Assembly (NCBI GenBank): GCA_028864975.1
Contig: JAGWLG010000013.1
Span: forward strand, 2,618-66,617
DNA: 64,000 bases
Source of the DNA: Thermoplasmata archaeon
Lineage (GTDB): Archaea; Thermoplasmatota; Thermoplasmata; Lutacidiplasmatales; UBA184
Direction of reading: 5' to 3'
The first letter of the stretch is position 1. Each line of letters starts with the position of its first letter. Positions 10,301 through 21,284 of the stretch are shown in pieces. The position numbers were made by a program, and so were the translations under genes. The notes under the pieces were generated by a model. The model ran no database searches and was not told the origin of the DNA. It worked only from the letters and a program-made list of their open reading frames with translations.

Positions 10301-11684
10301 GGGGGCGACGTTCACGTCGTGGGTCTCGACCGGGGGGGTGAGCGTGTCCTCCCCTTCCTCCCTCTCCACCGCGGTGAACGTCAGCGCGAACGGGACGCTG
10401 GAGGCGGAGTTCACGCCGAACCCGTACGCGACCGTCACGTTCGGCATCTCCCCGGTCGGGGCGGGGGTGTTCGTCGTGGGGGGTGTCTCCTACTACGACG
10501 GCTCAACGGCGAGCCTCGCCCGAGGGAACGATGCGTTCACGCTGAACGTCGCACCCTACGCCCACCTGGCCTCCCTCCGCGCGAGCGGTGGCGTCTCCAT
10601 CGTGGGCTCCAACCTGGTCGTCACCGGGCGGGGCTGGGTGAACGCGAGCTTCACGCTCCTCGCAGGCGTCGCGGTCCAGGTCAACGCCGGCGGATGCGCT
10701 CCGCACCTGAACGGCTCCGCCGTGCTGAACTCGACCGTCTGGTTCGTCCCGGGGTCGTACAGTTTCGCGACGACGAACTGCTCCTGGCTCTACTTCCCGC
10801 CCATCCTCGCGACGGCGGGAGGGGTCACCCTCGCCTCGGGTGGGACTCAGGTGAGCCTCACCGGGAACGGGAGCCTCTCGCTCACCTACGACCGTCTGCT
10901 CTATGGGAACTTGACGGGCCCCTCGTCCGCGACCGCCGGGTCCGCCGTCACCCTCGGGTCCTCGGTCTCGGGGGGTACTCCCGGGGGAGAGGGGTACACC
11001 TGGGTCTGGTTCTGGGGCGACGGCACCAAGCCTTCCTGGGCGAACTTGACCTCTCGGGCCCCCTCCGCTTCGCACACCTTCGCTTCGGCCGGCTCCTACA
11101 CGGTCACGCTCCGGATCAACGACACGGACGGGCAGACCATCTGGCGGAGCTTCGTCGTGACGGTAAGCGCGTGCACGGGTAGCTGCGCCGGCCCCCAGAC
11201 GAAGGCCACTTCGCTCGAGACCTACGCGCTCCTCGCCCTGCTGGCGGTGATCGTGGCGGCCCTCCTGCTCTGGCTCTACGTGCGCCGTCGACGGACCTCG
11301 AGGACGGGCGCGGAGGAGGAGACCAAGCCGAGCGGACTCGAGGAGCCCGCGGCGGCGGGAGCCACCGCGGCGTCGGAGGAGAAAGCCCCCGCTCCTGAGG
11401 CCTCCCCCACCGTGGGACCGAAGGAAGCGGGTACTTCGGCGAGCGAGCCGCCCGCTTCGACCGAGCCGCCCCAGGAGGGGGCCCCCCCTGAACCTTCGAC
11501 GAGCGACACCCCGTCTCCCGACGATAGGGGGGCTCCCACGCCTTCGACGGACGAGGGGGAGGAGCGTTCCCCCGTGGAGCAGGGAACGGCGGGCCCCCCC
11601 GCCCCTCAGACGAGCCCGGAGGACGAGGTCACCGTGGAAGGCGGCGAGGAAGGCGGGCCCGAAGGGGACGCCCCGGACATCTGA
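7386..11684 (+). CDS. Very large exported surface protein: signal peptide, repeated beta modules (InlB B-repeat-like), PKD domain, C-terminal TM anchor, acidic Pro-rich cytoplasmic tail
   Basis: The start at ATG 7386 gives a signal-like N-terminus (MSRLAIALGALLLLTLSSFAS), with a CATAAGA box about 30 nt upstream. There are many roughly 85-aa modules with a recurring aromatic-x-W then TGGVxV motif (GWHFSSWATTGGVTV, FQGWWVTGGLTV, FTSWVSTGGVSV). A PKD-like module is WFWGDGTKPS...SHTFASAGSYTVTLRINDTDG. The TM is LLALLAVIVAALLLWLYVRRRR. N-x-S/T sequons are dense. Confidence 0.9.
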   Translation: MSRLAIALGALLLLTLSSFASTSVGGTPSTPGLPHEPHATTSSAATAGSPTVPLVPSLSAGKPVTGCAGYFWAPWVNAWYTNNCYGHDEPTFTYWDTTPGSGADASWKITLPADGPSVAQGDAYATFWFGGVVNDANSLGGQAFLEWQFYPLSPTSPLGSNDCTSTGSYKGTFTPGANLWFSCIVVWQIVGNKENAAFGGPMDANSTTNIFTFHSGDDLIANMTGVTNGTTGWTLSVKDMSAPRDKTTGAIQWGSTTLVGSGGATLAPYFSASDKCMYWGADCAPAVDFAYEIGHTYASGYGGATCGPAAGSICGGYDYAAWQGLPDLKLSVPVLGISGAGSYPVNLGFTSSYPTGATPYKGLPKPVNASSCGSPTNTTSCIYPWYSYEDSNLSYDFGVDHAWRNYSYGWLSQFPSATNWASEYLSKNWRAPWANVTVAVTPGTATVTASPGPINQTSWPYAGGAITTQMVEGWYWINVSNVGCTPSSAHYFFEQAKSYLLNIVLNCGAKQSVTFGVSPQGAGTIYFNGGPEYQGSTASVSAGFYSLSQIATSGWHFSSWATTGGVTVSNGGVWVNSSGSLTADYVAYPIVAFTTSPSSCGPITFNGTPFASGVSWPFYASATAYAFSVPSCASLTFQGWWVTGGLTVGSPTSLSTNGVLSANATLQANFTGSLTVHFGLLGPPGSGAVWFNFLPYYNGQSTAVSPGTYALGEIPNLWSHFVAWSSTSGITLASGSATVAASGWINATYELYPAVGFTVLPAFSPCTTLAVNGTTYSTGTSGRFFTSPPSYALSAATCGGYSFINWTGDVNLTVAASFSATTTANLTGNATLTANYAPTASTFSITFNVNAPSEGAIDFGGALFFNGGTARVAAGTYSLGQTTTPGWHFVQWYAQGNVVVGAGNVSVSAPTGPAGDALSANYTAYPLVRLSWTPSTCGPVTFNGTAVANGSALGYYAAPPHAPYSASVPSCAGATFTSWVSTGGVSVSSPSSLSTAVNVSANGTLEAEFTPNPYATVTFGISPVGAGVFVVGGVSYYDGSTASLARGNDAFTLNVAPYAHLASLRASGGVSIVGSNLVVTGRGWVNASFTLLAGVAVQVNAGGCAPHLNGSAVLNSTVWFVPGSYSFATTNCSWLYFPPILATAGGVTLASGGTQVSLTGNGSLSLTYDRLLYGNLTGPSSATAGSAVTLGSSVSGGTPGGEGYTWVWFWGDGTKPSWANLTSRAPSASHTFASAGSYTVTLRINDTDGQTIWRSFVVTVSACTGSCAGPQTKATSLETYALLALLAVIVAALLLWLYVRRRRTSRTGAEEETKPSGLEEPAAAGATAASEEKAPAPEASPTVGPKEAGTSASEPPASTEPPQEGAPPEPSTSDTPSPDDRGAPTPSTDEGEERSPVEQGTAGPPAPQTSPEDEVTVEGGEEGGPEGDAPDI

Positions 11685-11708
11685 GCCGCGCGAGCGCCGC
11701 CGTTCGGT

Positions 11709-12155
11709 TCACGGCTGGAGCAGGACGCCCGGGACCCCCCAGAGCTTCAGCCAGACACGCTTGCCCTCGAAACCGGGGCCGGGCCGGGTCGCCCAGTAGC
11801 GGGTCTCCCACTTCCGCGCCCAGAGGACGACCTCGTGGACGGGGAGCGGTGGGCTCTTCGCGGGCGCCAGGTAGTCCGAGGAGCACTTGAGCGTCGAGCC
11901 CACGGAGCCCAGGTCGCCGATCGCCGAGATGAGCGTGGGGGCTGGAGCGGGGAGATGGATGGGCGTGTAGTCGGCGAGGACACAGCTGCCGGAGGGCGGG
12001 CTCTTCCAGTCCTTTCCTGCGATCTCCTGGGCCATCTCTTCCGCGGTGACGGGAGGGTTGCCGATCGCCGGGTGGCGTCGCGAGATCTCCCGCTCGGCCT
12101 TCTCGAGGAGCTCGAAGAAGGGATGTTTCGCCCAGTCACGGGGGGATTCGGCCAT
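11709..12155 (-). CDS. Hypothetical protein
   Basis: 148-aa ORF with protein-like composition (MAESPRDWAKHPFFELLEKAEREISRRHP...). Its 5-prime end overlaps the stop of the upstream CorA-like gene by 20 nt. I did not recognise a family. Confidence 0.5.
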   Translation of the reverse strand: MAESPRDWAKHPFFELLEKAEREISRRHPAIGNPPVTAEEMAQEIAGKDWKSPPSGSCVLADYTPIHLPAPAPTLISAIGDLGSVGSTLKCSSDYLAPAKSPPLPVHEVVLWARKWETRYWATRPGPGFEGKRVWLKLWGVPGVLLQP

Positions 12156-13236
12156 CGTCCTTGGTGGGAGGGGCTTCGGTATTTCTCTCCTTCGAGGAGC
12201 GGGCGGCCCCTGCCTTGCGTGCCGTGGGATTCGACGGCTTGGGGGGCGCTCGCGCCTCCAAGGCGTTGTAGTCGATGTCGACCCCCTCGATGTTCTCGGT
12301 GAGACGGCCGAACCCCTCCTCGACGCGGGCCTCGTAGCCCTTCATGCCGCGGAAGAGGTCCCGGATCCAACGCTGCCGGAAGAAGTAGTACATCGGGATG
12401 ATGGTCGAGAAGATCAGGACGTAGGCGACGAGCCAACCCGGGACGTTCGCCGCCGAAGGCATGCCCAGGATCGTTGCCGCGGTGTTCGGGAAGACGATCA
12501 CCGAGGTCATCACGGCCAAGATCAGCATCACGTAGGAGAGGCCGAGCATCCGGATGTTCGAGATGTTCGCCAGCTCCGCGATGCGGTTCGACACCGCGCT
12601 CATCCGGTTCGCGACGACCTGCAGCTGGTTCGCCTGCTCCGTCTGCCGGATCATGAAGATGTCCGTAAGGGCGCTCTGCGTCGCCTGGGTGAGGTCGCGA
12701 AGCCGCAGGAGCTCCTGCTCGACCGAGTGGAGCGCTTTCTCGGAACCCCCCAGCACCGGAAGGAGACCCCCTTCTGCAAGGTCGGCGACCGCGGTAATCG
12801 CCCGTCCGAGCTCCTCCCGCACGTCCGCGAGCTTCTGTTTGAGCTCCAGGACCTTGAGCGGGGGCGCGTGCAAGGCGTCCTGTTCCAGCTCGGCGAGGCC
12901 GCGCTCCACATCCTCGATCCTCTCGAGCGATGTCCGGTTCACCTGGACGAAGGCGTCGAACACTCGGGAGGCGCTTTCGTTGAGATGGTACTCCGCGGAG
13001 GGGGTGATCTCCGGTCGGAACTCCCCTTCCGGGACGAGGACCTTGAGCCGGGTCCCGTCGGACCAGATGGCGAGAGGGCGGAGCTTGAAGCCCGCCTCCA
13101 GCAGCCCCAGATGAAGCATGACCTGGCCGTGGCGCCGGTTAACCACGTGGCCGGGTCGCCTCTCGGGATGGAGCCCCAGCGAGGCATACCCTTCGGCGAG
13201 GTTCTTCGGACCTCCAGAGGGGGGCGGGGTGGACAC
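12136..13236 (-). CDS. CorA-like divalent cation transporter family protein (divergent; GMP in place of GMN)
   Basis: 366 aa. A long helical cytoplasmic domain is followed by two C-terminal TM helices. The loop motif is ILGMPSAAN where CorA has YGMNF. Confidence 0.6.
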   Translation of the reverse strand: MSTPPPSGGPKNLAEGYASLGLHPERRPGHVVNRRHGQVMLHLGLLEAGFKLRPLAIWSDGTRLKVLVPEGEFRPEITPSAEYHLNESASRVFDAFVQVNRTSLERIEDVERGLAELEQDALHAPPLKVLELKQKLADVREELGRAITAVADLAEGGLLPVLGGSEKALHSVEQELLRLRDLTQATQSALTDIFMIRQTEQANQLQVVANRMSAVSNRIAELANISNIRMLGLSYVMLILAVMTSVIVFPNTAATILGMPSAANVPGWLVAYVLIFSTIIPMYYFFRQRWIRDLFRGMKGYEARVEEGFGRLTENIEGVDIDYNALEARAPPKPSNPTARKAGAARSSKERNTEAPPTKDDGRIPP

Positions 13237-13416
13237 AAGGGTCGCACGGCATCGAGTCCTTGAACCCTTGCTCGGCCCCTCAGGGCCTCAGGAGGCCTGC
13301 CCCCCCCATATGCCCTCGTCCCAGGAGGACCGTAGCCCCTTCCCCGTACGTGCGACGTTTGAGCTTCTACACAGACCCACGACTCGACGAAGGCGGGGCC
13401 CCCGAGCGATGCGCGG

Positions 13417-15870
<2,454 letters not shown>

Positions 15871-16099
15871 TCAATTCTCCTCAGAGATGGCCTGCCTTAA
15901 GGCCTTCGCCTACACGCGAAAGTGAGCTCTGGAAACGAGACCCCCGGCGCCGTGCGGAGACCTCCGGAAAGGGGGACCTGCTGCCGAGAATCGGTGGCCG
16001 CCCCAAGCCTCGTCCGATGCGCTACCGCTTGGACCGAACGGGCCCTCGGGAGCTCGACGCGAGGGCCACCTCGGGAGACCTCGCGTGCGCGAGCCGGTC

Positions 16100-17119
16100 T
16101 CAGGGTCCGCCGCGGGGCCCGTCGGCCGTCGAGAAGACCTGGAGCGCGCTCTGCTGCGGAAGGAAGGCGTAGAAGTACCCCCTCTTCGGGTCGATGGCGG
16201 AGGTGTGGCAGCCCCGTTGCGTGTCGACCGTGTCCACGCGCTTGAAGGTGAGCGTGTCGAACACGTCGACCTTGCCGGGTTCCCCGACCGCCACGTAGAG
16301 ACGATGGGTCCTGAGGTCGTGCCAGACCACGTCCGGGGGACCCGTCAGGGGTAGGGTCCGCTCGACCTGGGAGGTGGCGAGCGAAAGGACCACCAGCTGG
16401 GCATCATCGGCGGCCACGAAGGCCCTGCGGGCTTGGGCATCGATCGCGAGCCCGTGCGGCCCCTCGGCTGGGATGGGGGTCGAGGACGCTGTCGCAAGGT
16501 CCATGCTGCGGAGAGACAGGAGGGCAGACGGTTCCCGAATGTTGAGAAGGAACGAAGAGGAAAGGGAATCGTAGAGACACCAGCGTGGGCGCCCGGGGAG
16601 GGGGACCTCGTGCTCGACCTTCCCCGCCGAGAGGTCGACGAGCCTAGCCGAAGGGTTGGGGCCCACGTCGGCGACAAGGAGGCGCTGATGTCCCGGGTCC
16701 CAAGCGAGCCCGTTCGGCTTCGCTCCGACCTGGACCGTCCGAAGGACCTTGAACGTCGTCGCCGAGATGACCACGACCCGCCCCGTGGCGCGGGAAGCGG
16801 CCACGACCTCGTCCCGGTCCGGGAGGCAGAGGAGGCCGCTCCCCTCGGGACACCCGGGGATGGAGACCCGATGCTTCCCTGGCCAGGGGTCGAGCACCTC
16901 CACGGTGCCGTCCGAGGTGTGCGTCACGAAGACCCGGCCGCTCGGCAGGTGGACGTCGCCGTGATCGAACGCGCCTGCCCTCCTTGGGGGTATAGGGCGG
17001 TCGCCGAGGAGCCGAAGCACGAAGGTCCAACCCACGTCGGTTTTTTCGCCTTTCGGTCGGACGCACGCGTGTCTTACGTGTGAAGCTCCCCGACCGCGGT
17101 GGGTCCAACGGCGGTCCAC
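16100..17119 (-). CDS. Beta-propeller repeat protein (YncE/YVTN-like), apparently cytoplasmic
   Basis: It has repeated motifs of the type VxxxxxPxGLAxDxxxxRLxVA (PNGLAWDPGHQRLLVAD, PHGLAIDAQARRAFVAAD, THRLYVAVGEPGKVDVFD). The start is uncertain: the track start at 17119 is a GTG, and an alternative GTG at 17035 would give 311 aa. Confidence 0.75.
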   Translation of the reverse strand: MDRRWTHRGRGASHVRHACVRPKGEKTDVGWTFVLRLLGDRPIPPRRAGAFDHGDVHLPSGRVFVTHTSDGTVEVLDPWPGKHRVSIPGCPEGSGLLCLPDRDEVVAASRATGRVVVISATTFKVLRTVQVGAKPNGLAWDPGHQRLLVADVGPNPSARLVDLSAGKVEHEVPLPGRPRWCLYDSLSSSFLLNIREPSALLSLRSMDLATASSTPIPAEGPHGLAIDAQARRAFVAADDAQLVVLSLATSQVERTLPLTGPPDVVWHDLRTHRLYVAVGEPGKVDVFDTLTFKRVDTVDTQRGCHTSAIDPKRGYFYAFLPQQSALQVFSTADGPRGGP

Positions 17120-17125
17120 GGCGGG

Positions 17126-17133
17126 CTTTTAGT
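17126..17133 (+). promoter_or_regulatory. TATA-like box for the VIT1-family gene
   Basis: The sequence cttttagt is centred about 28 nt upstream of the ATG at 17157. Confidence 0.4.
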
Positions 17134-17156
17134 CGACGGACCGTCGTGCCTCCCAG

Positions 17157-17930
17157 ATGACGGACGGGGGCTCGGCACGACTTCATCACGTGGCCCGACC
17201 GACCCAGCCCGTGGTCGAGCCCCATCGCGTGGGGGATACCGGGGCGGACCTGGAGGCCTACATCTTCGGGACCTTGGACGGGCTCGTCACGAACCTTGCG
17301 GTGGTCGCGGGGGTCGTCGCGGCCGGATTCGGCATGGGCGCGGTCGCCATCGCCGGCATCGCTGCGATGTTCGCAGGGGCCGTGAGCATGTTCGTCGGGG
17401 CCTACGTCTCTTCCCACGCACGGTGGGAGCTGGCCCAGCGAGAGAAGCGCCGCGAGGAAGAGGAGGTCGAACACGTCCCGGACATCGAGAAGGCCGAGGT
17501 CCGAGAGATCTTCGAAAAGTGGGGGTTCCCGGAGGCCGAGGCTCGCGCGGTCACCGAACGGATCGCCATGAACAAGGAGCTCTGGGTCGACTTCATGATG
17601 CAAGAGGAGCTCGGGTTCACCCGCGACGATCTCAAGCGCCCTCCGAAACGCCACGGCGCGATCATCGGGTTCGCCTACCTCATCGGGTCGCTGATCCCGC
17701 TCCTCCCCTTCCTCTTCGTCGAAGGGTGGATGCGGCGCGCTTCCAGCACCTGGGACAGCCTGGTTGCCGCCATCGCGCTCGGGTGCGTGGCCCTCGCGGT
17801 CCTTGGGGCGTACAAGGAACGGTTCGGAGGGGAGAGGCCGGTCTGGGGCGGGCTTCAGATGGTAGGGATCGGCCTGGGTGCCGCCGCCGCCGTCTACCTC
17901 GTGACCTACCTCATCACCAGCTTCCTCTGA
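17157..17930 (+). CDS. VIT1/CCC1-family iron/manganese transporter
   Basis: 257 aa. The family signature is present (YIFGTLDGLVTNLAVVAGV...AMFAGAVSMFVGAYVS), followed by a central cytoplasmic Glu-rich metal-binding helix region and C-terminal TM helices. Confidence 0.9.
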   Translation: MTDGGSARLHHVARPTQPVVEPHRVGDTGADLEAYIFGTLDGLVTNLAVVAGVVAAGFGMGAVAIAGIAAMFAGAVSMFVGAYVSSHARWELAQREKRREEEEVEHVPDIEKAEVREIFEKWGFPEAEARAVTERIAMNKELWVDFMMQEELGFTRDDLKRPPKRHGAIIGFAYLIGSLIPLLPFLFVEGWMRRASSTWDSLVAAIALGCVALAVLGAYKERFGGERPVWGGLQMVGIGLGAAAAVYLVTYLITSFL

Positions 17931-17994
17931 GCTTGGGGAGCGCCTCTCCTCCCCCCAAAGGACCCCTAAATACCCCTTCACGTTGAGGCCGGCG

Positions 17995-18627
17995 ATGGCC
18001 TTCTCCGAGGACGAGGAGGAGGAACCGCGCCGGCGCCGTCGTTCGCGAGGACGAGGCGAAGGCGCCGAGGCTCCGTTGCCCGACCGGGCCCAACCGCTCT
18101 CTTGGGCCATCCTCCCCCCGGAGGAGGAAGAAGAGGAGGGAACGGGTTCCGCAGCCGGGACGGTGAGTGCCGCCGAGACGCCGGCGGCTCCCGCCGCGGA
18201 GGACTGGAGGTCCCGCTACCAGTACCTGCTGGCCGAGTTCGACAACTACCGCCGCCGGGTCCAGAAGGAGACCGAGGCCGCGGTGGCCGCGGCCCGCGGC
18301 AAGGTCCTTCTGAAGGTCGTCGCCCTCCACGAGGGCATCGAGGGGGCGCTCGCCTCCCTCCCCCCGGAAGCGAAGGCCCTGCGCGAAGGACTCATGCTCA
18401 TCCTGCGGAACATGGACGCGATGATGAAGGAGGAAGGGGTCGAGCCTGTCGCCTCGGAAGGGGCCAGGTTCGAGCCCGAAGTGCACGAGGCGGTAGGGCA
18501 GTCCCCCGCGACGCCCAAGGCGCCCGAGGGGACCGTGGCGGTCGTGGTCCAGCAAGGCTACCGGGGGCCTACCGGCCTCCTGCGCCCCGCGAAGGTCCTC
18601 GTGGCCGCGAAGGCCTCCCCCCGCTAG
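17995..18627 (+). CDS. grpE: GrpE nucleotide-exchange factor
   Basis: The ATG at 17995 is used (the track start at 17983 is a TTG). There is an acidic N-terminus, then YLLAEFDNYRRRVQKE and the C-terminal beta domain (FEPEVHEAVG...VVVQQGYR...LLRPAKVLVA). No dnaK or dnaJ follows. Confidence 0.9.
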   Translation: MAFSEDEEEEPRRRRRSRGRGEGAEAPLPDRAQPLSWAILPPEEEEEEGTGSAAGTVSAAETPAAPAAEDWRSRYQYLLAEFDNYRRRVQKETEAAVAAARGKVLLKVVALHEGIEGALASLPPEAKALREGLMLILRNMDAMMKEEGVEPVASEGARFEPEVHEAVGQSPATPKAPEGTVAVVVQQGYRGPTGLLRPAKVLVAAKASPR

Positions 18628-18694
18628 GGGACCGGACCTGCCGAGCTCGACCGAATAGCTTCATCTTCCCGCGGAGCAGCCTCGAACGAAGGCC

Positions 18695-20011
18695 ATGGCG
18701 GAGCGTTCCAGCGACCTGAGCGGCTTCTACAAGAAGAGCGCCGAAGAGCGGAGGAAGACCGTTCTCGAGTTCGCCGGCATCGAGCCCGGCGCGGAGCCTG
18801 CCTGGCTCCCTCCTCCGGGGGTGGACCGCGGGATCCTCGAGAGGATGATCGAGAACGTGATCGGGACGTTCCCGCTACCCTTGGGCATCGCGACGAACTT
18901 CCGCGTGAACGGGAAGGACTACTTGGTCCCCATGGCGCTCGAGGAACCGAGCGTCGTCGCCGCCGCCAGTCATGCGGCCAAGATCGCGCGGGGGAAGGGA
19001 GGCTTCCATGCGGCGACGAGCCGACCGGTGATGATCGGGCAGATCTCGCTCGTTGACGTACCGGACCCGAACGCCGCCCGGCTTCGTATCCTCGAATCCC
19101 AGAACGAGCTGCTCTCGCTCGCGAACGGGAAGGACCCCCTCCTCAACAAGGTGGGAGGGGGCGCTCGCGACCTGGAGGTGCGCTTGGTCCCGACCCCGAG
19201 GGGCACCATCGTGATCGTCCACCTTCATGTGGACGTCCGCGATGCGATGGGCGCGAACGCCGTCAACACCATGGCGGAGGCCCTGGCGCCCGAGCTCGCG
19301 AGGCTCTCGGGAGGGCGCAGGAACCTGCGGATCATCTCCAACCTCGCGATCCACCGCGTCGCGCGCGCCTGGGCCATCTTCCCGAGGGAAGGGCTTGAAG
19401 GTGAGGGGGCGAAGGGACCCGACGTCGTGGAAGGGGTCCTCGACGCCTGGAACTTCGCGGCCCACGACCCCTTCCGATGCTCGACGCACAACAAGGGGAT
19501 CATGAACGGGGTCTCCGCCGTGGCGATCGCCACGGGGAACGACTTCCGGGCGCTCGAGGCGGGGGCCCACTCCTACGCGGCCTGGAAGGCCAAGGACGGC
19601 GGGGTGATCGCTCCCCTCACAACCTACGAGAAGAACCCGGACGGGGACCTGGTAGGAACGATCGAGATGCCCATGGCCGTGGGGCTCGTCGGCGGGGCCA
19701 CTGCCGTTCACCCCACCGCCAAGCTCAACGTCCGCGTCCTGGGCGTCAAGACCGCGAGCGAGCTCGCGGAAGTGATGGCCTCGGTAGGCCTCGCCCAGAA
19801 CTTCGCCGCGCTCCGCGCGCTCGCGAACGAGGGGATCCAGAAGGGCCACATGGCGCTCCACGCCCGGAACGTCGCGGTGATGGTGGGAGCCCAGGGGGCT
19901 GAGGTCGATGCGCTCGCCGCTCGTCTCGCCGCCGAACACACGGGCCGTCAGGACCGTGCCAAGGAGATCCTCGTCGAGATGCGAGGGAAGGTCGCGACCT
20001 CAGGGACATGA
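18695..20011 (+). CDS. hmgA: Hydroxymethylglutaryl-CoA reductase, class II type
   Basis: 438 aa. IENVIGTFPLPLGIATNFRVNGKDYLVPMALEEPSVVAAAS, DAMGANAVNT and the C-terminal GIQKGHMALHARN resemble the class II (Pseudomonas mevalonii-type) enzyme rather than the class I archaeal type. Confidence 0.95.
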   Translation: MAERSSDLSGFYKKSAEERRKTVLEFAGIEPGAEPAWLPPPGVDRGILERMIENVIGTFPLPLGIATNFRVNGKDYLVPMALEEPSVVAAASHAAKIARGKGGFHAATSRPVMIGQISLVDVPDPNAARLRILESQNELLSLANGKDPLLNKVGGGARDLEVRLVPTPRGTIVIVHLHVDVRDAMGANAVNTMAEALAPELARLSGGRRNLRIISNLAIHRVARAWAIFPREGLEGEGAKGPDVVEGVLDAWNFAAHDPFRCSTHNKGIMNGVSAVAIATGNDFRALEAGAHSYAAWKAKDGGVIAPLTTYEKNPDGDLVGTIEMPMAVGLVGGATAVHPTAKLNVRVLGVKTASELAEVMASVGLAQNFAALRALANEGIQKGHMALHARNVAVMVGAQGAEVDALAARLAAEHTGRQDRAKEILVEMRGKVATSGT

Positions 20012-20604
20012 GCAAGAGAGCGGGGGTCCTCGCGCTCCAGGGGGACGTTCCGCAGCACCTCGAGGCCGCCGCTGCGGTGCTGGGAGGCGATAGGGTCCTC
20101 GAGGTCCGGACCCCGAAGGACCTGGAGCAGGTCGAAGCCCTCTTTCTCCCCGGAGGGGAGAGCACGACCCTCTCCCAACTTCTGGACAAGTCCTTCCTCC
20201 GCGTACCCCTCACCTCAAGGATCCGACAGGGGCTCCCCGTGCTGGCCACGTGCGCGGGCTTGATCCTTCTCGCCCGGGAGCTCGAGCCGACCCCGCACGG
20301 CCGGGACCCCGAGCCCCTGCGCGTCCTGGACGTCAAGGTCCGGCGGAACGACTACGGGCGTCAGGCCGACTCCTTCGAGACGGTCCTGGAGGTCGAGGGC
20401 GTGGGGAAGGACATCCCCGCCGCGTTCATCCGCGCTCCAAGGATCCTCTCCGTGGGCTCTGGCGTACAGGTGCTCTCACGGGTCCGCGAGGACCCGGTCA
20501 TCGTGCGCCAGGGTTCGATCTGGGGGCTCACGTTCCACCCTGAGGTGACCGGAGACCATCGACTGCACGCCGCATTCCTCCGGGCGAGCGGGCTTCTCTC
20601 CTGA
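20008..20604 (+). CDS. pdxT: Pyridoxal 5-phosphate synthase glutaminase subunit PdxT
   Basis: 198 aa. GVLALQGD, LPGGESTT, the catalytic Cys in LATCAGLILL, VRRNDYGRQ and FHPE are all present. It has an ATGA start/stop overlap with hmgA. Confidence 0.93.
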   Translation: MSKRAGVLALQGDVPQHLEAAAAVLGGDRVLEVRTPKDLEQVEALFLPGGESTTLSQLLDKSFLRVPLTSRIRQGLPVLATCAGLILLARELEPTPHGRDPEPLRVLDVKVRRNDYGRQADSFETVLEVEGVGKDIPAAFIRAPRILSVGSGVQVLSRVREDPVIVRQGSIWGLTFHPEVTGDHRLHAAFLRASGLLS

Positions 20605-20662
20605 GCGCTCCATCGCTCGCTCGACCTTCGACAGGACGTCGTCGAGCGTGGCTCGGCTCCGA

Positions 20663-21232
20663 TCAATTCGCCACGACGGTGCCCCCGGGGAACGCGTAGC
20701 TCCCCGGTTCGAGCGGCACGTCGATGGTCATGTTGAGCTGGGTGGACCCCCGCGGGGGGATCGAGAGCGGGAGCGAAGGCGTCGTGGAAACGAGACGGTA
20801 GGACTGATTGAGCTCTATGGAGTTGACGACGCCCGTACCAGCGCTCATCGTGTTGGTCAACACGAGGAAGTGATGGCCGGGATACTCCGAGCCCGGCGGG
20901 AGGGATTCCGGACCTTCGGGACAGAGAAGGGTGGGGCCGTAGGAGACTTGGAGCCAGCCCGAGGGCTCTCCCATGTAGGCCACCGCGAAGTGCCCGACCT
21001 CGTTGCCGCAGTACCACACGACGACCACCTGGCCGCCGGTGGACGGGGGGGGCGGGTGGGTCCAGGCCACGATGCCCGCGCCGAGGCCTGCCATCGCAGC
21101 CGACAGTACCACGACGAGGACGAGGGACGGCAGTGAGAACGGATGGGCCGGTGAACGCAGGACCTTCCAGAGGGAAGCTCCAGGAGCCGCTCCCGTCGAG
21201 GCAGGGCTCCGTTCAGGACCCGGGTCCGGCAT
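20663..21232 (-). CDS. Membrane-anchored hypothetical protein (N-terminal TM, small beta-rich ectodomain)
   Basis: 189 aa with the TM LVLVVVLSAAMAGLGAGIVAW followed by a Cys-containing beta-rich domain. It is on the same strand as, and downstream of, the BNR-repeat membrane protein. Confidence 0.6.
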   Translation of the reverse strand: MPDPGPERSPASTGAAPGASLWKVLRSPAHPFSLPSLVLVVVLSAAMAGLGAGIVAWTHPPPPSTGGQVVVVWYCGNEVGHFAVAYMGEPSGWLQVSYGPTLLCPEGPESLPPGSEYPGHHFLVLTNTMSAGTGVVNSIELNQSYRLVSTTPSLPLSIPPRGSTQLNMTIDVPLEPGSYAFPGGTVVAN

Positions 21233-21284
21233 GGCCGATGGGCTCCAGCGAGGAGACGGAGGAAGACCGCAAAGCCCTCTCCTG

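Noticed and set aside
7389-11182. Very long ORFs antisense to or out of frame with real genes. Examples are 7389..9545(-), 8210..11182(+), 4042..5778(-), 16644..18110(-), 29023..30738(-), 29853..31319(+), 36787..38889(-), 35603..37045(+), 61047..62393(-) and 52193..53380(-).
   Set aside because: Their translations are dominated by Arg/Gly/Pro/His runs with no recognisable motifs. Each overlaps a gene with strong family signatures. Stop-codon-poor alternative frames are expected in GC-rich DNA.
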